Assembly (NCBI GenBank): GCA_963720965.1
Contig: CAVRHD010000007.1
Coordinates: 49,442 to 113,441, forward strand
Length of the DNA stretch: 64,000 bases
From: an uncultured Chloroflexia bacterium
GTDB taxonomy: Bacteria > Chloroflexota > Limnocylindria > Limnocylindrales > CSP1-4
Direction of reading: 5' to 3'
The notes beneath the pieces were generated by a model. The model was not told the DNA's origin. It ran no database searches and saw only the letters and a list, made by a program, of their open reading frames with translations. This document shows positions 21,901 to 32,815 of this stretch, one piece after another; position 1 is the stretch's first letter, and each line of letters opens with the position of its first letter. A program made the position numbers and the translations under genes.

Positions 21901-22804
21901 CGTCCTGGCCGGTGGCCACTGGAGCGCCCGCCGCCAGGAACAGGGTTACTCCGTCCTCGGTCGCGTCCGTGCCGAGGAGGGTTACGCGATGGCGATCGGC
22001 CGCCTCCGCCACGGTTCGATAGAGCGCGTCGAGATCGGCCACGACAGCGTCCGGTTCATCAGCGAGCCGGGCGTCAAGGCTGCCAGCGAGGACGAAGGCG
22101 ATCGTGGCCAGACGATTTTCCCCTTCCAGCCCGCCTCCTGCTCCGCCCAGGAATGGGCGCAGCGGGGCAGGCAGGAGACTGCTCAGGTCGACCTTCGGCG
22201 GGGCGACCCGGGTCGGGGGCACCACCGGGCCGGGACGGATGTGGCGCAGGAGCCGGCCGGCCGGATGGACCGCTCCGAGCCAGCCCTGGTCGATCGAATT
22301 GGCCGTCCGCTGGTCGAGCAGAATCTGGCCGGCCTCGGCGGCTCGCTCGAGCCGGACCATCTCGGTCGTTGTCGGGCCGGCCACGAACAGGCCGCGTGTC
22401 CCGGTACCGGCGAGCACCAGGTCGACTGGCCCACTGGCGAGCCCGATCGAGACCCGCAGCGTCACTGCACCGGCAGAGGTGGCGATCGAGCCGCGGGCAG
22501 CGAACCACTGGCGGACCGCCGCCGCGGCCTGAACGGCCCGCGACGCGGACGCCTGGCCATCGAACATGACGACCAGGGCGTCGCCGGCAAAGATCAGGAC
22601 GTCTCCGCCACGCGCCTCGAGCTCGGCGACCAGCGCCGTCAGGACTCCGCCAATGAGGCCCGCTACCTCTTCCGCACCGGCCCGACCCCGACTGGCCAGT
22701 CGCTCGGACAAGCGGGTGAAGCCGGCAATGTCGGCGAACAGGAGGGTGCCCTCGACCCGCCTGTGCGTCGCCAGCGGATCGGCGCCCAGCCACTCGACCG
22801 CCAT
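18988..22804 (-). pseudogene. Tandem class III nucleotidyl cyclase domains + AAA/NB-ARC ATPase + TPR (STAND-type regulator), one frameshift inside a (GGCC)n run near 19320-19340
   Basis: First cyclase domain 'LLFADIAGFTRLSERL...FAGDALVVMF'. Second 'ATIAFVLAGSLDA...GVNRGPVFAGDLG...AMGDTTNLAARI'. Walker A 'GDPGAGKSRL'. TPR region. The true C-terminus '...LQETQLERTLGWCALELGETEAARAHLEASLG...' is read in the 18988..19680 frame. ATG at 22804 (MAVEWLG) is the preferred start; 22984 is possible. Confidence 0.75.
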
Positions 22805-23874
22805 GCGCGGCGCGTACGGCCCGACCTCAACCTCTCCTGGCTGGGCGGATCGGTGCGGTCTGGTGCCTTCCGGCACCGGTATCTCGTCCCTCACCGATGC
22901 AGTGTCGCAAAGATGACAACCGGTGCACCAAAACACCGCTGGACAAACGTCCCATCCGGACCGTACGGTTCCGGGACCGGCCACGGGCGCGGGCCGGTCC
23001 CGGGACGTGCGTGAAAGTGGGGACGCCCGCCGAGGTCAGCCGCACATCATCGTCAGCGCGGCCGCCCAGGCGCCGCGGTTGGAGGTTCGATCATCGTGGC
23101 GTCCCATCGCCTGTTCCCGCGCGCCCTCGTCCTGGTCGTCTCGGGCCTGCTCGCGGCACTTCCAGCCGGCACCGGGCTGGCTGCGGTCGTCCCTGCCCAG
23201 GTCGTCCGAGCCGACAGCCCCGAGTACCCCACCTGGGCCGGCGGCTTCAACGGGGGTTCGTCCTACGCCGCCGCCCCGGCCGGCGTCGTCAACCTCGCGG
23301 TCCCCGCGGTCGCCGGCGAACAGCCGGCCAACCCGGACCCGGCCTCGGTCACGGCGACGGCGGGGACGGCAGGCATCCAGGGCGCCGCAATCCTCCAGTC
23401 CGACCTGACTGGGTCGACCCTGGCCACGACGCCAATCGACTCGCTGGGCCTCGAGAACCTGCCCGTCCAGATTCCCTTGTCGACGCTCCCATTCAGCCGG
23501 TCAACCTCACCGAAGAGCTGGCAGGACCTGCTCAGCTCGACCGTGCTCGCCGGCGTGCCCCTGCAGAACGTCACCTGGCAGCAGGTCCGCCAGCTGGCGC
23601 CCGCCCCGGCCGGCCTCCACTCGATCGATATGGGCGACGTGGACTGGTCGGGCAGCGTGTTGGCGAACCTGCCCCTCGCCGCGTTCACCTTCGGGGGAAC
23701 GGACATCACCACGATCCAGATCCCCCTCCAGCCAGGCGAGCCGAGCACGGATACGTCCGCGGCCGATCGCTGGTGCTACGCCCTCAACCAGGCCCAGGCA
23801 GGCAGCTGCCCGAGCGCGGCCAGCCTGGCCGGCAAGTCGCTCCTGGGGGTCAGCATCCAGGGCGCCTCCCTCCA

Positions 23875-24240
23875 GGACCTGCCGCTCCACAACATCCCGC
23901 TGCACAACATCGACCTGCTCAATTCGCCGCTCCACAACATCCCGCTGCACAACATCGTGCTCGAGGTCTCGTCGCTCAAGAACCTGCCCCTGCACAACAT
24001 CGACATGGTCAATTCGCCGCTGCACAACATCCCGCTGCACAACATCAACCTGGCCACGTCGCCGCTCCACAACATCCCCCTCCACAACATCGACTGGGTC
24101 GCCTCGCCGCTCCACAACATCCCGCTCCACAACATCAACTTGGCCACTTCGCCGGTCGGCGCGATCCCGCTCCACAACATCGCCTTCGCCGATGCGCCGC
24201 TCCACAACATCCCGCTGCACAACATCGATCTCCTCGCGTC
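23875..24240 (+). repeat. Coding tandem repeat (~45-48 bp units) encoding SPLHNIPLHNI(D/N)L motifs inside the giant secreted protein
   Basis: Reiterated 'ccgctccacaacatcccgctgcacaacatc' blocks visible directly in the sequence. Confidence 0.8.
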
Positions 24241-27200
24241 CGGCCTCGGCGCCATGCCGCTCACCGCGATTGCCTGGGGAACGGCGACGATCGGGACGAC
24301 GCTGCTCAGCCAGCTGTCGATTGCCGGCGGACCCCTCGACCCAATCCTCCTCAGCGCGACGGCGAACCCGGCCAACATCGATGCCGCCTGTGCCACGACC
24401 TGCCCGGCCGGCAAGACCCTCGGCCAGGCGGAATCGAACCACGAGATCCTGGGCACCGCGACTCTCGCCGACATCGGCGCGACGGCCTTCGGCAGCGTCA
24501 CCCTCGGCCAGCTCCTGGCCGGGTCGTCGCTCACCCCGACGCTTGGCGACCTGCGCCTCGACCTCGCTGGCGCGGGCGCCCCGCCGCTGACCGTGGCCGG
24601 GCTCGAGAACGCCCTCATCGGCTCGCCGGCCCCAGTGATCAAGCTGGGCGACCTGCGCCTCGACGAAGCGACCGGAGCGAACGCCCTTGTCCTGGGCGAC
24701 CTGTCGGACTACCTCTCAGACCCGGCCACGTTCGACGCCTACCTGCTCGGCGACATCGGCACGTATACCGACAACACCGGCCACGAGATCACCCTGGGTG
24801 AGCTCGGCATCTGGACCGACAACACCGGCGCGGACATCACCCTGGGTGAGCTCGCCCAGTACCTCGACGACTCGGTCTCCCTCGCCGACGTCCTCCTCGG
24901 CCTCGTCCCGCCGGCCCAGTTCCCGTTCGAGAACTTCCCGATCGCCAGCCTGGGTCTGAACACGCCCGGGCGCTCGATGATTCAGCCCACGAGCGGGTTC
25001 ATGGCCGGCTATGGCCCCGGCTGCGGCGCAACCGGGACTTCGATCGGGTCGGGCTTCCTCGCGAACCTGCCGACCTGCTTCACCCGCCGGCTCCTCGGCC
25101 CCGAGGAGCCGGATATGCAGTCAAGCCCGCCGGTGATGATCGACGCCATCCTGCCGTTGGGCGCCCAGTTCCTGGCCGTCAGCCCGGGTGGCAACACGCC
25201 CGCGCTCGGTGTGGCCCAGACCTCGACCGACCCCGACGGGCGCCAGCGCGTCGCATTCGAGTTCCCGTCGATCACGGCCGGAGCGCTCGTTTCGTTCGAG
25301 CTCACCTACGAGAACAGCCTGCACCTCGGGACGAACCACGTCGACTTCGAGATGCGGGCGCTGGACGGCACCCTGATCGCCTCCGACAGCGAGGATGCGC
25401 CAAATGTCCTGGATGCCGCCGAGCCGAACTCGCCGATCGAGGATCCATCCATCCAGAACTCCGGGCGTAGCGACAAGATCGTCTTTCCGATCGATCCCGA
25501 CGGCTGCTCGGCAAGCTCGTCGACATGCGCTGGCCTTGGCTCGACCTACATCGACGCGATGGTCGCCGGCTACATCAGCTACCCCGGCGACCTCGACTGG
25601 TACTACCTGCCGAACGTTCGGGCGGGCAGCCGGATCAGCGCCGACCTGACGAACCTGCCCCTCGATGCCGACCTCGTCCTGTACGGACCGCCCGGGTATC
25701 GCGACCTCGCCGACGCTCTTCCCGCCGTCGACCAGCAAGCTGCCCGGCCTGCTCGTCGAGGACCCGGGGCTCGGGGTCGGCCAGGCGGCCCATTCGATCG
25801 CCACCCAGGCCCTCGGTGACCTCCAGCTCGACAAGGGCTACACGGAGACCCTGGAGTCGCCGCCCGTGCAGGTCCCGCCGATGACGCCGATCTCGATCTC
25901 GCAGCATCGCGGGACCGACCCGGAGAGCGTCGGCGCGATCGCCCCGGTGGACGGCGACTACGTCGTCGCCGTGACCGGCTACAACGGGGCCACCTCGAAT
26001 GACCCGTACCTCCTGCGGGCCCGGGTGACGGCCCCGCCGGCCGAGGCGACCTGCCCCGCCCGCTCGTTCGCCACCTACGGCTCGGCCGGCGCGATCCCGA
26101 CGATCCCGGCCAACGTCAATGCCCTGTTCCTGACCGACCCGGGCCGGATCGTGGCGACCTACGGCCAGGCGGCCGAGGACACCCTGTCCGGGCAGCTGAC
26201 CGACCTCGTCAACTACCTCAATGCGAACCCGCAGCTCGGCGTCGTCCCGGCGGTCATCCCGCTGGAGGCCTATCCGGGAGTTGCGGGCGCCTACCACGCC
26301 TGGGATCAGAGCCCCTGTAGCGTCGCGGCCGCCAACGCCGTGGCCGCCCAGATCACCGGCGTCATCCACTCGATCCGGGCGGGCGCCCCGGGCATCTCCT
26401 ACATCACGATCCTCGGCGGCGACGACATCATCCCGATGGGCCGCACGCCGGACCTCACCCGGGTCAGCAACGAGTCGGAATACGCCTCGACGTTCACGGC
26501 GACGAACCCGATCTCGGCGGCCGAGGCCGCCTCGGAGACCCTGACCGACGACGTCTATGGCGATCCGAACCCGACCCCGACCGGCGACGGCAACAGCCTG
26601 TTCGTGCCCCAGATGGCCGTCGGCCGGCTGGTCGAGTCGCCGACGGACATCGGCAGCCAGCTCGAGTCGTATGTCACGAACAAGGGCGCCCTGGACACGA
26701 AGACGGGGCTCGTCGCGGGCTACGACTTCCTGGCCGATGGTGCCCAGGCCGTGGCGGACCGGCTGGCAGCCGGCGACGGCGGGCGGACGATTGACGACAG
26801 CCTGATCGACCAGCCTGGGGCGACACCCGGCTGGAGCCAGGCCGACCTGCTCAGCAAGCTCTTCCCGAACGGGTGGCGCATCGCCTCTCGTCGATTCGAT
26901 CAACGCCCACTACGACCACACGGCGCTCGAGCCGTCGGCGGTCAACGCCGGCACCTCGAGCCAGCTCGAAGCCGACTCCGACCTCGTGGCCAGCGCAGCC
27001 GGCCAGCTCGCCGGCCACGTCCTGTTCACGATGGGCTGCCACGCCGGCCTGTCGGTGCCCGATGCCTACGTGCCGGGCACGACCGCGGCCGACACCGCCA
27101 CCAAGCTCGACTGGGCCCAGGCCCTGTCACAGGCGGGCGTCTCAATCTATGTTGCGAATACCGGCTATGGCATCGGCGACACGACATCGGTCGCCTACTC

Positions 27201-28232
27201 CGAGCGAATCATGGCCCTCTACGCCAAGGAGCTCGACGGATCGCTGACGGCCGGCCAGGCGCTCGTCTACGCCAAGCAGGCCTACTTCGGCAGCCTCGGC
27301 GCGGTCGGCGTGTACGACCTCAAGGTGCTCCAGCAGGTGGCCTTCTACGGCCTGCCGTTCTGGTATGTCGGAGCGGCCCCGACCGGCAGCACACCACCAC
27401 CTCCGCCGACCGCCCCGGCGCCCCCGGGAACGATCGGGCCTGATCCGGTCATCTCCGGGCTTCAGTCGGCCTCGCTGACCGTGTCCTCGACCTTCACCCA
27501 GAAGAATGTCACCGGGCGTGGCAGCTTCTGGGTCGTGAACGGCCCGGGCGGCACGACGCTCGATCCGCAGGTCACCCAGTACGAGCCGATCCAGCCGGCC
27601 ACGAGCGAATCGGTCGTGGCCCCTGGCTTGACCGCCCACGGTGCATTGATCACGGCCCTGACCTCGCACGACATGTCGAACGTCAATCCCGTCCTCAACA
27701 CGCCGACGATCGACCTGTCGGCCTCCTCGCCCGAGGTGAAGAGCGGTGACGCCGCCTGGCCAGCCAGCATCGCCTCGATCACGAATTCGAAGGCACCCTA
27801 CGGCCGGGCGCAAAGCCTGGTCCTGGTGCCGGGCCAGTTCCTCGGCTCGACCTCGGATGGCACCGGCCGGCAGCGCCTGTTCGACAGCGTCGGCGTGAGC
27901 GTCCTGTACGGCTCGACCTCCTCGATCGACTTCAACGCGCCGACGATCGCGACCTCCTCGGCCGGGGCTACCGGGAGCTCGATCACGTTCAAGGTCTCGG
28001 CCGCGGACGGGGAGGGCCCGGTGGCACGGGTCCTGGCCGGATTCCACGACTTCGACGGCAGCTGGAAGTTCGTCGACCTCAGCCTGCAATCCGACGGCTC
28101 GTGGTCCGGTATCGGCACCGCCAGTCGCACCCTTGGCCCAACCGACGGGATCGAGTACTTCATCCAGGCCGTCGATGCGGCGGGCAACGTCAGCACCGCC
28201 TCGAACAAGGCCGCCAATTTCGACGCGAGCAC

Positions 28233-29400
28233 CGATATCACCCCACCGACGATCACGGCCAATGTGAGCCCGACCCCGAACGCGGCCGGCTGGAGCAAGA
28301 CCGCCGAGACCGTCACATTCACCTGCTCGGACAGCGGCTCGGGGATTGCCCCGGGCACCTGCCCCGCTCCGGTTGGCATCAGCGCCGACGGGAGCACGAC
28401 GGTCACCCAGAGCGTGTCCGACCGGGCCGGCAATACCGCCTCGGCCACGGCCGTCGTCCAGATCGACCAGACCGCTCCGTCGATCAGCGCCGCGATCAGC
28501 CCACCACCGAACGCCTCGGGCTGGAGCTCGGCCACGTCGGAGACGGTCACGTTCAGCTGCTCGGACGGCGGGAGCGGTCTCGCCACCGCCTGCCCCGCGC
28601 CGGTGACGGTCAGCAATGAAGGCACGACCCCGGTGAGCGGGAGCGTGACCGATGTCGCCGGTAACACCGCGTCGACCAGCGTCTCGGTCGAGCTGGACAG
28701 GACAGCACCGACGATCAGCGCCTCCGTTGCCCCGGTCCCGAACGCGAACGGCTGGAACAACGGGGCGTCGGCCCAGGTGACGTTCAGCTGCACCGACACC
28801 GGCTCCGGGATCGCCGGGTGTCCATCACCGGTCACGGTCTCGGCCGAGGGAATCGCCTCGGTCAATGGCAGCGCGACCGACCAGGCCGGCAATTTGGCCA
28901 CGATCGTCGCCACCGTACGGATCGATCGGACGGTGCCGACGATCAGCGCCGTCGTGACCCCGGCCCCGAATGCATCAGGCTGGAGCAACGCGGCCTCGGA
29001 GACCGTCACGTTCACCTGCGGCGACACGGGCTCAGGCCTCGCCACAAGCGCGTGCCCCACGGCGCAGACCGTGACTGCACAGGGCTCGACCACGGTCAGC
29101 GGCACGGTCCTCGACCTGGCCGGGAATAGCGCCACGAAAAGTGTCGTGGTCAAGATCGACCGGACGCCACCGACGATCAGCGCGGCCATCTCGCCCAGCC
29201 CGAACTCCGCCGGCTGGCTCAACCTGCCGGTGGCCAAGGTGACCTTTACCTGCTCCGACGGCGGCAGCGGCCTGGCTTCGGGAGCCTGCCCGGCGGCGGT
29301 CCTCGTGTCGACGGAGGGGATCACAGCGGTCACCCGCTCGGTCACCGATGTCGCCGGCAATACGGGTTCGGCCACGGCCACCGTCCGGATCGACCGGACC
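28233..29400 (+). repeat. Five tandem ~240-bp coding repeats (Ig-like modules) inside the giant secreted protein
   Basis: Repeated protein blocks starting TITANVSP..., SISAAISPPP..., TISASVAPVP..., TISAVVTPAP..., TISAAISPSP..., each with GW, VTF(T/S)C(S/T)D, GSG and CP.P motifs. Confidence 0.75.
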
Positions 29401-30001
29401 GCCCCGGTCGTCAGCCTGACCGGCTACCCCATTCACCCCGTGTGCACGACGACCGACGCCCTGTCGGGCGTCAAGATCGCGGCGAGCCTGCTCAGTGCAA
29501 CCGCCCGCGTCGCCGGAGTCCCGGTGACGGTGGCTACGTGCCTGGGGGCGCTGGACGTGGCCGGCAACCTGGCGCTGCCGGTCGTCCGGACCTACGTGGC
29601 GCCGATCACCTTCTCGGGTTTCCAGGCCCCGGTCGTCGGGCAGCCGACGGTAAACACGGGCAGCGTGAGCAAGGCCTACCCGGTCAAGTTCCAGCTGCGC
29701 GACGCGGGCGGGGCGTTCATCAGCGCCCTCCCGGCGATCACCTCGACGACCTACCAGAGTGTCTCGTGCACGACGTTCGGGACCACGACCAGTGCACTCC
29801 CGACCGGCACCGGAGCCTCGACCGGCCTGGCCTACGACAGCAAGGCAAACCAGTACGTCTACACCTGGAAGACGCCCAGCGCGGCAGGTTGCTACGTCCT
29901 CACGATCGGCCTCGCCGACGGGACCTCGTACAAGGCGAACTTCAAGCTGAAGTGATTTCGGCGGCCCGGCGCAACGGGCCGACCACGTTCGGGAGGATCA
30001 G

Positions 30002-31498
30002 TTGCGGGCGAGAGCCGGACTCATCGCCGCGTCTGGATTGCTCGCGGCATTGTTTGGGTACAGCATCTTCGCTGTTCCCATTGCCGCCGCGTCGCCTGAC
30101 TACAACATCACGGGCACGTGGGATTGTTGTGGTGCTGGTGGCGCAGCCCCGCAGGACTTTGTCATCACCTCCGGATCCGGTTCGCTTGCTGGAACGGGGG
30201 TGCTGCCTTCAGGGGTTGTTTACGCGTCGATTACTGGCAGTGAGAGTGGCGGCGCGGTGACAATCGTGACCACCTATAACAGCTTCGCGCCTGGGTATGT
30301 GGCGACGTTCACTGGGACTGTCTCAGCGGACGGGAGCACGATGTCTGGTACGTGGGTCAGTAACGGAAATCAATCGGGCACCTGGACAGCAACGCGGTCC
30401 GGCCCAACGCCTCCAGTGGCTGGGGCAGCATCTTCTCCAACGACTGATGAAACACCTTCTCCGACAGGAGACGGCGTGCCCGTCTGGGCGATTGCTGCGG
30501 TCGTCGTACTTGGCATCGGTGCGCTCATCGGTGCGACCGTGCTGATAGCGGGCGGGGGTGCGTTCGGTGCCGGAGGCGAGGGCGGCGGCGGTCCAGCCGA
30601 GAGTGGTGCCGGGTCTGCCGGCGAGGGCGGCGGTGGTCCGGCGGGCGAGTTCGGGGCCGGCGGCGAAGGTGGCGGCGGTCCAGCCGAGAGTGGTGCCGGG
30701 TCTGCCGGCGAGGGCGGCGGCGGTCCGGCCGAAGGCGGGGGTGCGTTCGGTGCCGGAGGCGAGGGCGGCGGCGGTCCAGCCGACGGGGGTGCGGGTGCCG
30801 GAGGCGAGGGCGGCGGTGGTCCGGCGACGGCGGGGGCGAGTTCGGTGCCGGCGGCGAGGGCGGCGGCGGTCCGAGCCGAGAGTGGTGCCGGGTCTGCCGG
30901 CGAGGGCGGCGGCGGTCCGGCCGAAGGCGGGGGTGCGTTCGGTGCCGGAGGCGAGGGCGGCGGCGGTCCGGCGGACGGCGGGGGTGCGTTCGGTGCCGGA
31001 GGCGAGGGCGGCGGCGGTCCGGCGGACGGCGGGGGTGCGTTCGGTGCCGGAGGCGAGGGCGGCGGCGGTCCGGCGGACGGCGGGGGTGCGTTCGGTGCCG
31101 GAGGCGAGGGCGGCGGCGGTCCGGCCGACGGCGGGGGTGCGTTCGGTGCCGGAGGCGAGGGCGGCGGCGGTCCGGCCGACGGCGGGGGTGCGTTCGGTGC
31201 CGGAGGCGAGGGCGGCGGCGGTCCGGCCGAAGGCGGGGGTGCGTTCGGTGCCGGAGGCGAGGGCGGCGGTGGTCCGGCGGGCGAGCGGGGCGGCGGCGAA
31301 GGTGGCGGCGGTCCAGCCGAGAGTGGTGCCGGGTCTGCCGGCGAGGGCGGCGGCGGTCCGGCCGACGGCGGTGCGACCTGGGGCGAGGGCGGTGGTGGTC
31401 CCGCGACCGAGGGCGGGGCCGGCGGCGAAGGTGGCGGCGGTCCAGCCGAGAGTGGTGCCTCGGGTGAGATCGGCAGCGGCAGTGGTCCGGACTCCTAG
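30002..31498 (+). CDS. Glycine-rich repeat membrane protein: signal peptide, ~120-aa N-terminal domain, one TM helix, then about 15 copies of a 17-aa [17 protein letters not shown] repeat
   Basis: Intact 498-aa ORF. Signal peptide '[19 protein letters not shown]'. TM '[24 protein letters not shown]'. C-terminal tail is a perfect 51-bp tandem array. Confidence 0.75.
   Translation: MRARAGLIAASGLLAALFGYSIFAVPIAAASPDYNITGTWDCCGAGGAAPQDFVITSGSGSLAGTGVLPSGVVYASITGSESGGAVTIVTTYNSFAPGYVATFTGTVSADGSTMSGTWVSNGNQSGTWTATRSGPTPPVAGAASSPTTDETPSPTGDGVPVWAIAAVVVLGIGALIGATVLIAGGGAFGAGGEGGGGPAESGAGSAGEGGGGPAGEFGAGGEGGGGPAESGAGSAGEGGGGPAEGGGAFGAGGEGGGGPADGGAGAGGEGGGGPATAGASSVPAARAAAVRAESGAGSAGEGGGGPAEGGGAFGAGGEGGGGPADGGGAFGAGGEGGGGPADGGGAFGAGGEGGGGPADGGGAFGAGGEGGGGPADGGGAFGAGGEGGGGPADGGGAFGAGGEGGGGPAEGGGAFGAGGEGGGGPAGERGGGEGGGGPAESGAGSAGEGGGGPADGGATWGEGGGGPATEGGAGGEGGGGPAESGASGEIGSGSGPDS
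30551..31470 (+). repeat. 51-bp tandem repeat array (unit ggcggcggcggtccggcggacggcgggggtgcgttcggtgccggaggcgag; about 15 copies plus 48-bp variants), coding
   Basis: Direct inspection of lines 30541-31470. Several consecutive copies are 100% identical. Not CRISPR: no unique spacers, and the array is in frame inside a CDS. Confidence 0.9.
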
Positions 31499-31796
31499 TC
31501 CGGTCTAGCTCACGTCTTGCAGTTCGATGGGGCTTGTGCCAGATAGCATCCGCACTGCTACTCGGCACGAGTCGCGGGTCAAGAACGCTCGGTTGGGGCG
31601 GAGGGCCACCGCCCCCGAGCGTGGGCGGTGCACCCTGCACGGCTCGGATCGCGTCGCTCAGGCTCTGATCCTTGCTGAGTAGCACTGCCCGCGCTAGGCG
31701 GCAAAATTCTTGCCAGGTACTCCCGCACGGCAAAGCTGCGAGCACGGTCCGGAGGACCGGCGCTCGTATGCGCTTGATAGAATGGCGGCCTCCCGA

Positions 31797-31872
31797 GCGG
31801 GAGTAACTCAGCTGGCAGAGTGTCTGCTTCCCAAGCAGAATGTCGCGGGTTCGAATCCCGTCTCCCGCTCCA
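31797..31872 (+). tRNA. tRNA-Gly (anticodon CCC), CCA encoded
   Basis: GCGGGAGTAACTCAGCTGGCAGAGTGTCTGCTTCCCAAGCAGAATGTCGCGGGTTCGAATCCCGTCTCCCGCTCCA folds as a canonical cloverleaf: 7-bp acceptor GCGGGAG/CTCCCGC, anticodon stem TCTGC/GCAGA with loop TTCCCAA, T-loop TTCGAAT. Confidence 0.9.
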
Positions 31873-31920
31873 CCTCCCGCTCCAGGTAGCTTTGTTCGAG
31901 GATTGACTCGCCGTGTTGCG

Positions 31921-31939
31921 TGTCATACAGTGTATGACA
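31921..31939 (+). promoter_or_regulatory. Perfect 9-bp inverted repeat TGTCATACA-g-TGTATGACA overlapping the antitoxin start codon; likely autoregulatory operator
   Basis: Palindrome seen directly; RHH antitoxins typically autorepress through such operators. Confidence 0.5.
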
Positions 31940-32190
31940 TGAAGCGATCATCCGCCGTTCTGTCGGTGTCACTACCACCGGAATCGGCCCGGGAATTCGA
32001 GCGTTTGGCCGAACGGGAGGGGCGCAACAAGAGCGAGCTGTTCCGGGAGATGCTGGCCGTCTATCTCACGTACCAGGAAACGCAAACATTCGAATCGCTG
32101 CAGCGATACGGGGCGTCCGCGGCCCGACGCGCCGGCGTACGAGACGAGAGCGACGTCGAGCGTTTGATCCAGGAGTCGCGAGAGCAGTGA
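31939..32190 (+). CDS. Ribbon-helix-helix (CopG/VapB-like) antitoxin
   Basis: 83-aa protein MKRSSAVLSVSLPPESAREFERLAEREGRNKSELFREMLAVYL... with an N-terminal RHH fold signature, directly upstream of a PIN-domain gene. Confidence 0.7.
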   Translation: MKRSSAVLSVSLPPESAREFERLAEREGRNKSELFREMLAVYLTYQETQTFESLQRYGASAARRAGVRDESDVERLIQESREQ

Positions 32191-32242
32191 ACCGCGGGGG
32201 TACCGTAGGTCCCGGTCGGACATCCCCTCGTCGGTCGCTCGG

Positions 32243-32647
32243 GTGAGGGCCATTCTCGACACGAACGTCCTCATTTCGGCCTACGTATTTCCCGGCGGCA
32301 AGCCGGAAGCGGTCTACCGCCTGGCGCTGGAGCGGCGCCTGGAGATCGGGACGTCACTGCCCCTGCTCGCCGAATTCGGACGCGTTCTCGGCCTGAAGTT
32401 CGGCTGGATGCCTGATCGAGTCGAGGCGGCGGTCGCCCAGATGACGCGGATCGCCAGGGTGGTCGAGCCGTCTGAGACGGTTCAGGTGGTCAGGGCAGAT
32501 CCGGACGACGACCGTGTCCTGGAGGCAGCCCGCGCCTTCGGCGCACACGTGATCGTCAGCGGTGACCGGCACCTCCTGGATGTGGGGACGTGGAGTGACA
32601 TCGAGATTGTCTCGCCATCGGAGTTCATGGACCGATGGGGTTCCTGA
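32243..32647 (+). CDS. PIN-domain toxin (VapC-like, TIGR00305-type)
   Basis: 'ILDTNVLISA' N-terminal acidic motif, '...DPDDDRVLEAA...VIVSGDRHLL' typical of PIN nucleases; GTG start; 134 aa. Confidence 0.7.
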   Translation: MRAILDTNVLISAYVFPGGKPEAVYRLALERRLEIGTSLPLLAEFGRVLGLKFGWMPDRVEAAVAQMTRIARVVEPSETVQVVRADPDDDRVLEAARAFGAHVIVSGDRHLLDVGTWSDIEIVSPSEFMDRWGS

Positions 32648-32815
32648 GCGCGCTCCTGGTGAATCTGGGGGTTCAACGCATCATTCGGTGCTCGCCGGCA
32701 ACAGGATTTGGTTGCCCGGCCCGATTGCGGCCGTAGTCATGCTGATTGTGCCGGTCTCGCGAACCCGCTCCGGTGAAGCCCGGGGTATCGTGTCGCCACG
32801 TAGCTGGGGGTTGCG

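Larger units (their letters stand above)
23096..29955 (+). pseudogene. Giant secreted multidomain protein (~2290 aa): signal peptide, PLHNIPLHNI short tandem repeats, pre-peptidase C-terminal (PPC) domain, five ~80-aa Ig-like/HYR-like repeats; frameshifts near 25700 and 26900-26990
   Basis: Signal peptide 'LVVSGLLAALPAGTGLAAVV'. 15-16-aa repeats 'SPLHNIPLHNIDLLN' x ~8. PPC-like 'GDLDWYYLPNVRAGSRISADLTNLPLDADLVLYGP'. Repeats 'TAPTISAxxSPxPNAxGWxxxxxxVTFxCSDxGSGxA..CPxPVTVSxEG..V.GS.TD.AGN' x5. Three ORF-track segments (23096..25819, 25665..27443, 26986..29955) join into one reading unit across 1-nt indels. Confidence 0.65.

Noticed and set aside
30551-31470. Possible CRISPR array (regular short repeats)
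   Set aside because: Units are contiguous 51-bp tandem copies with no unique spacers and lie in frame within a protein-coding gene. It is a coding minisatellite, not CRISPR. No cas genes are present.
30525-31745. 406-aa minus-strand ORF through the 51-bp repeat array ([12 protein letters not shown]...)
   Set aside because: Reverse-frame reading of the Gly-rich repeat; no start context; overlaps a well-supported plus-strand CDS.
31579-31926. 115-aa minus-strand ORF overlapping tRNA-Gly
   Set aside because: Overlaps the tRNA on the opposite strand and has no homology or start signals. Spurious.
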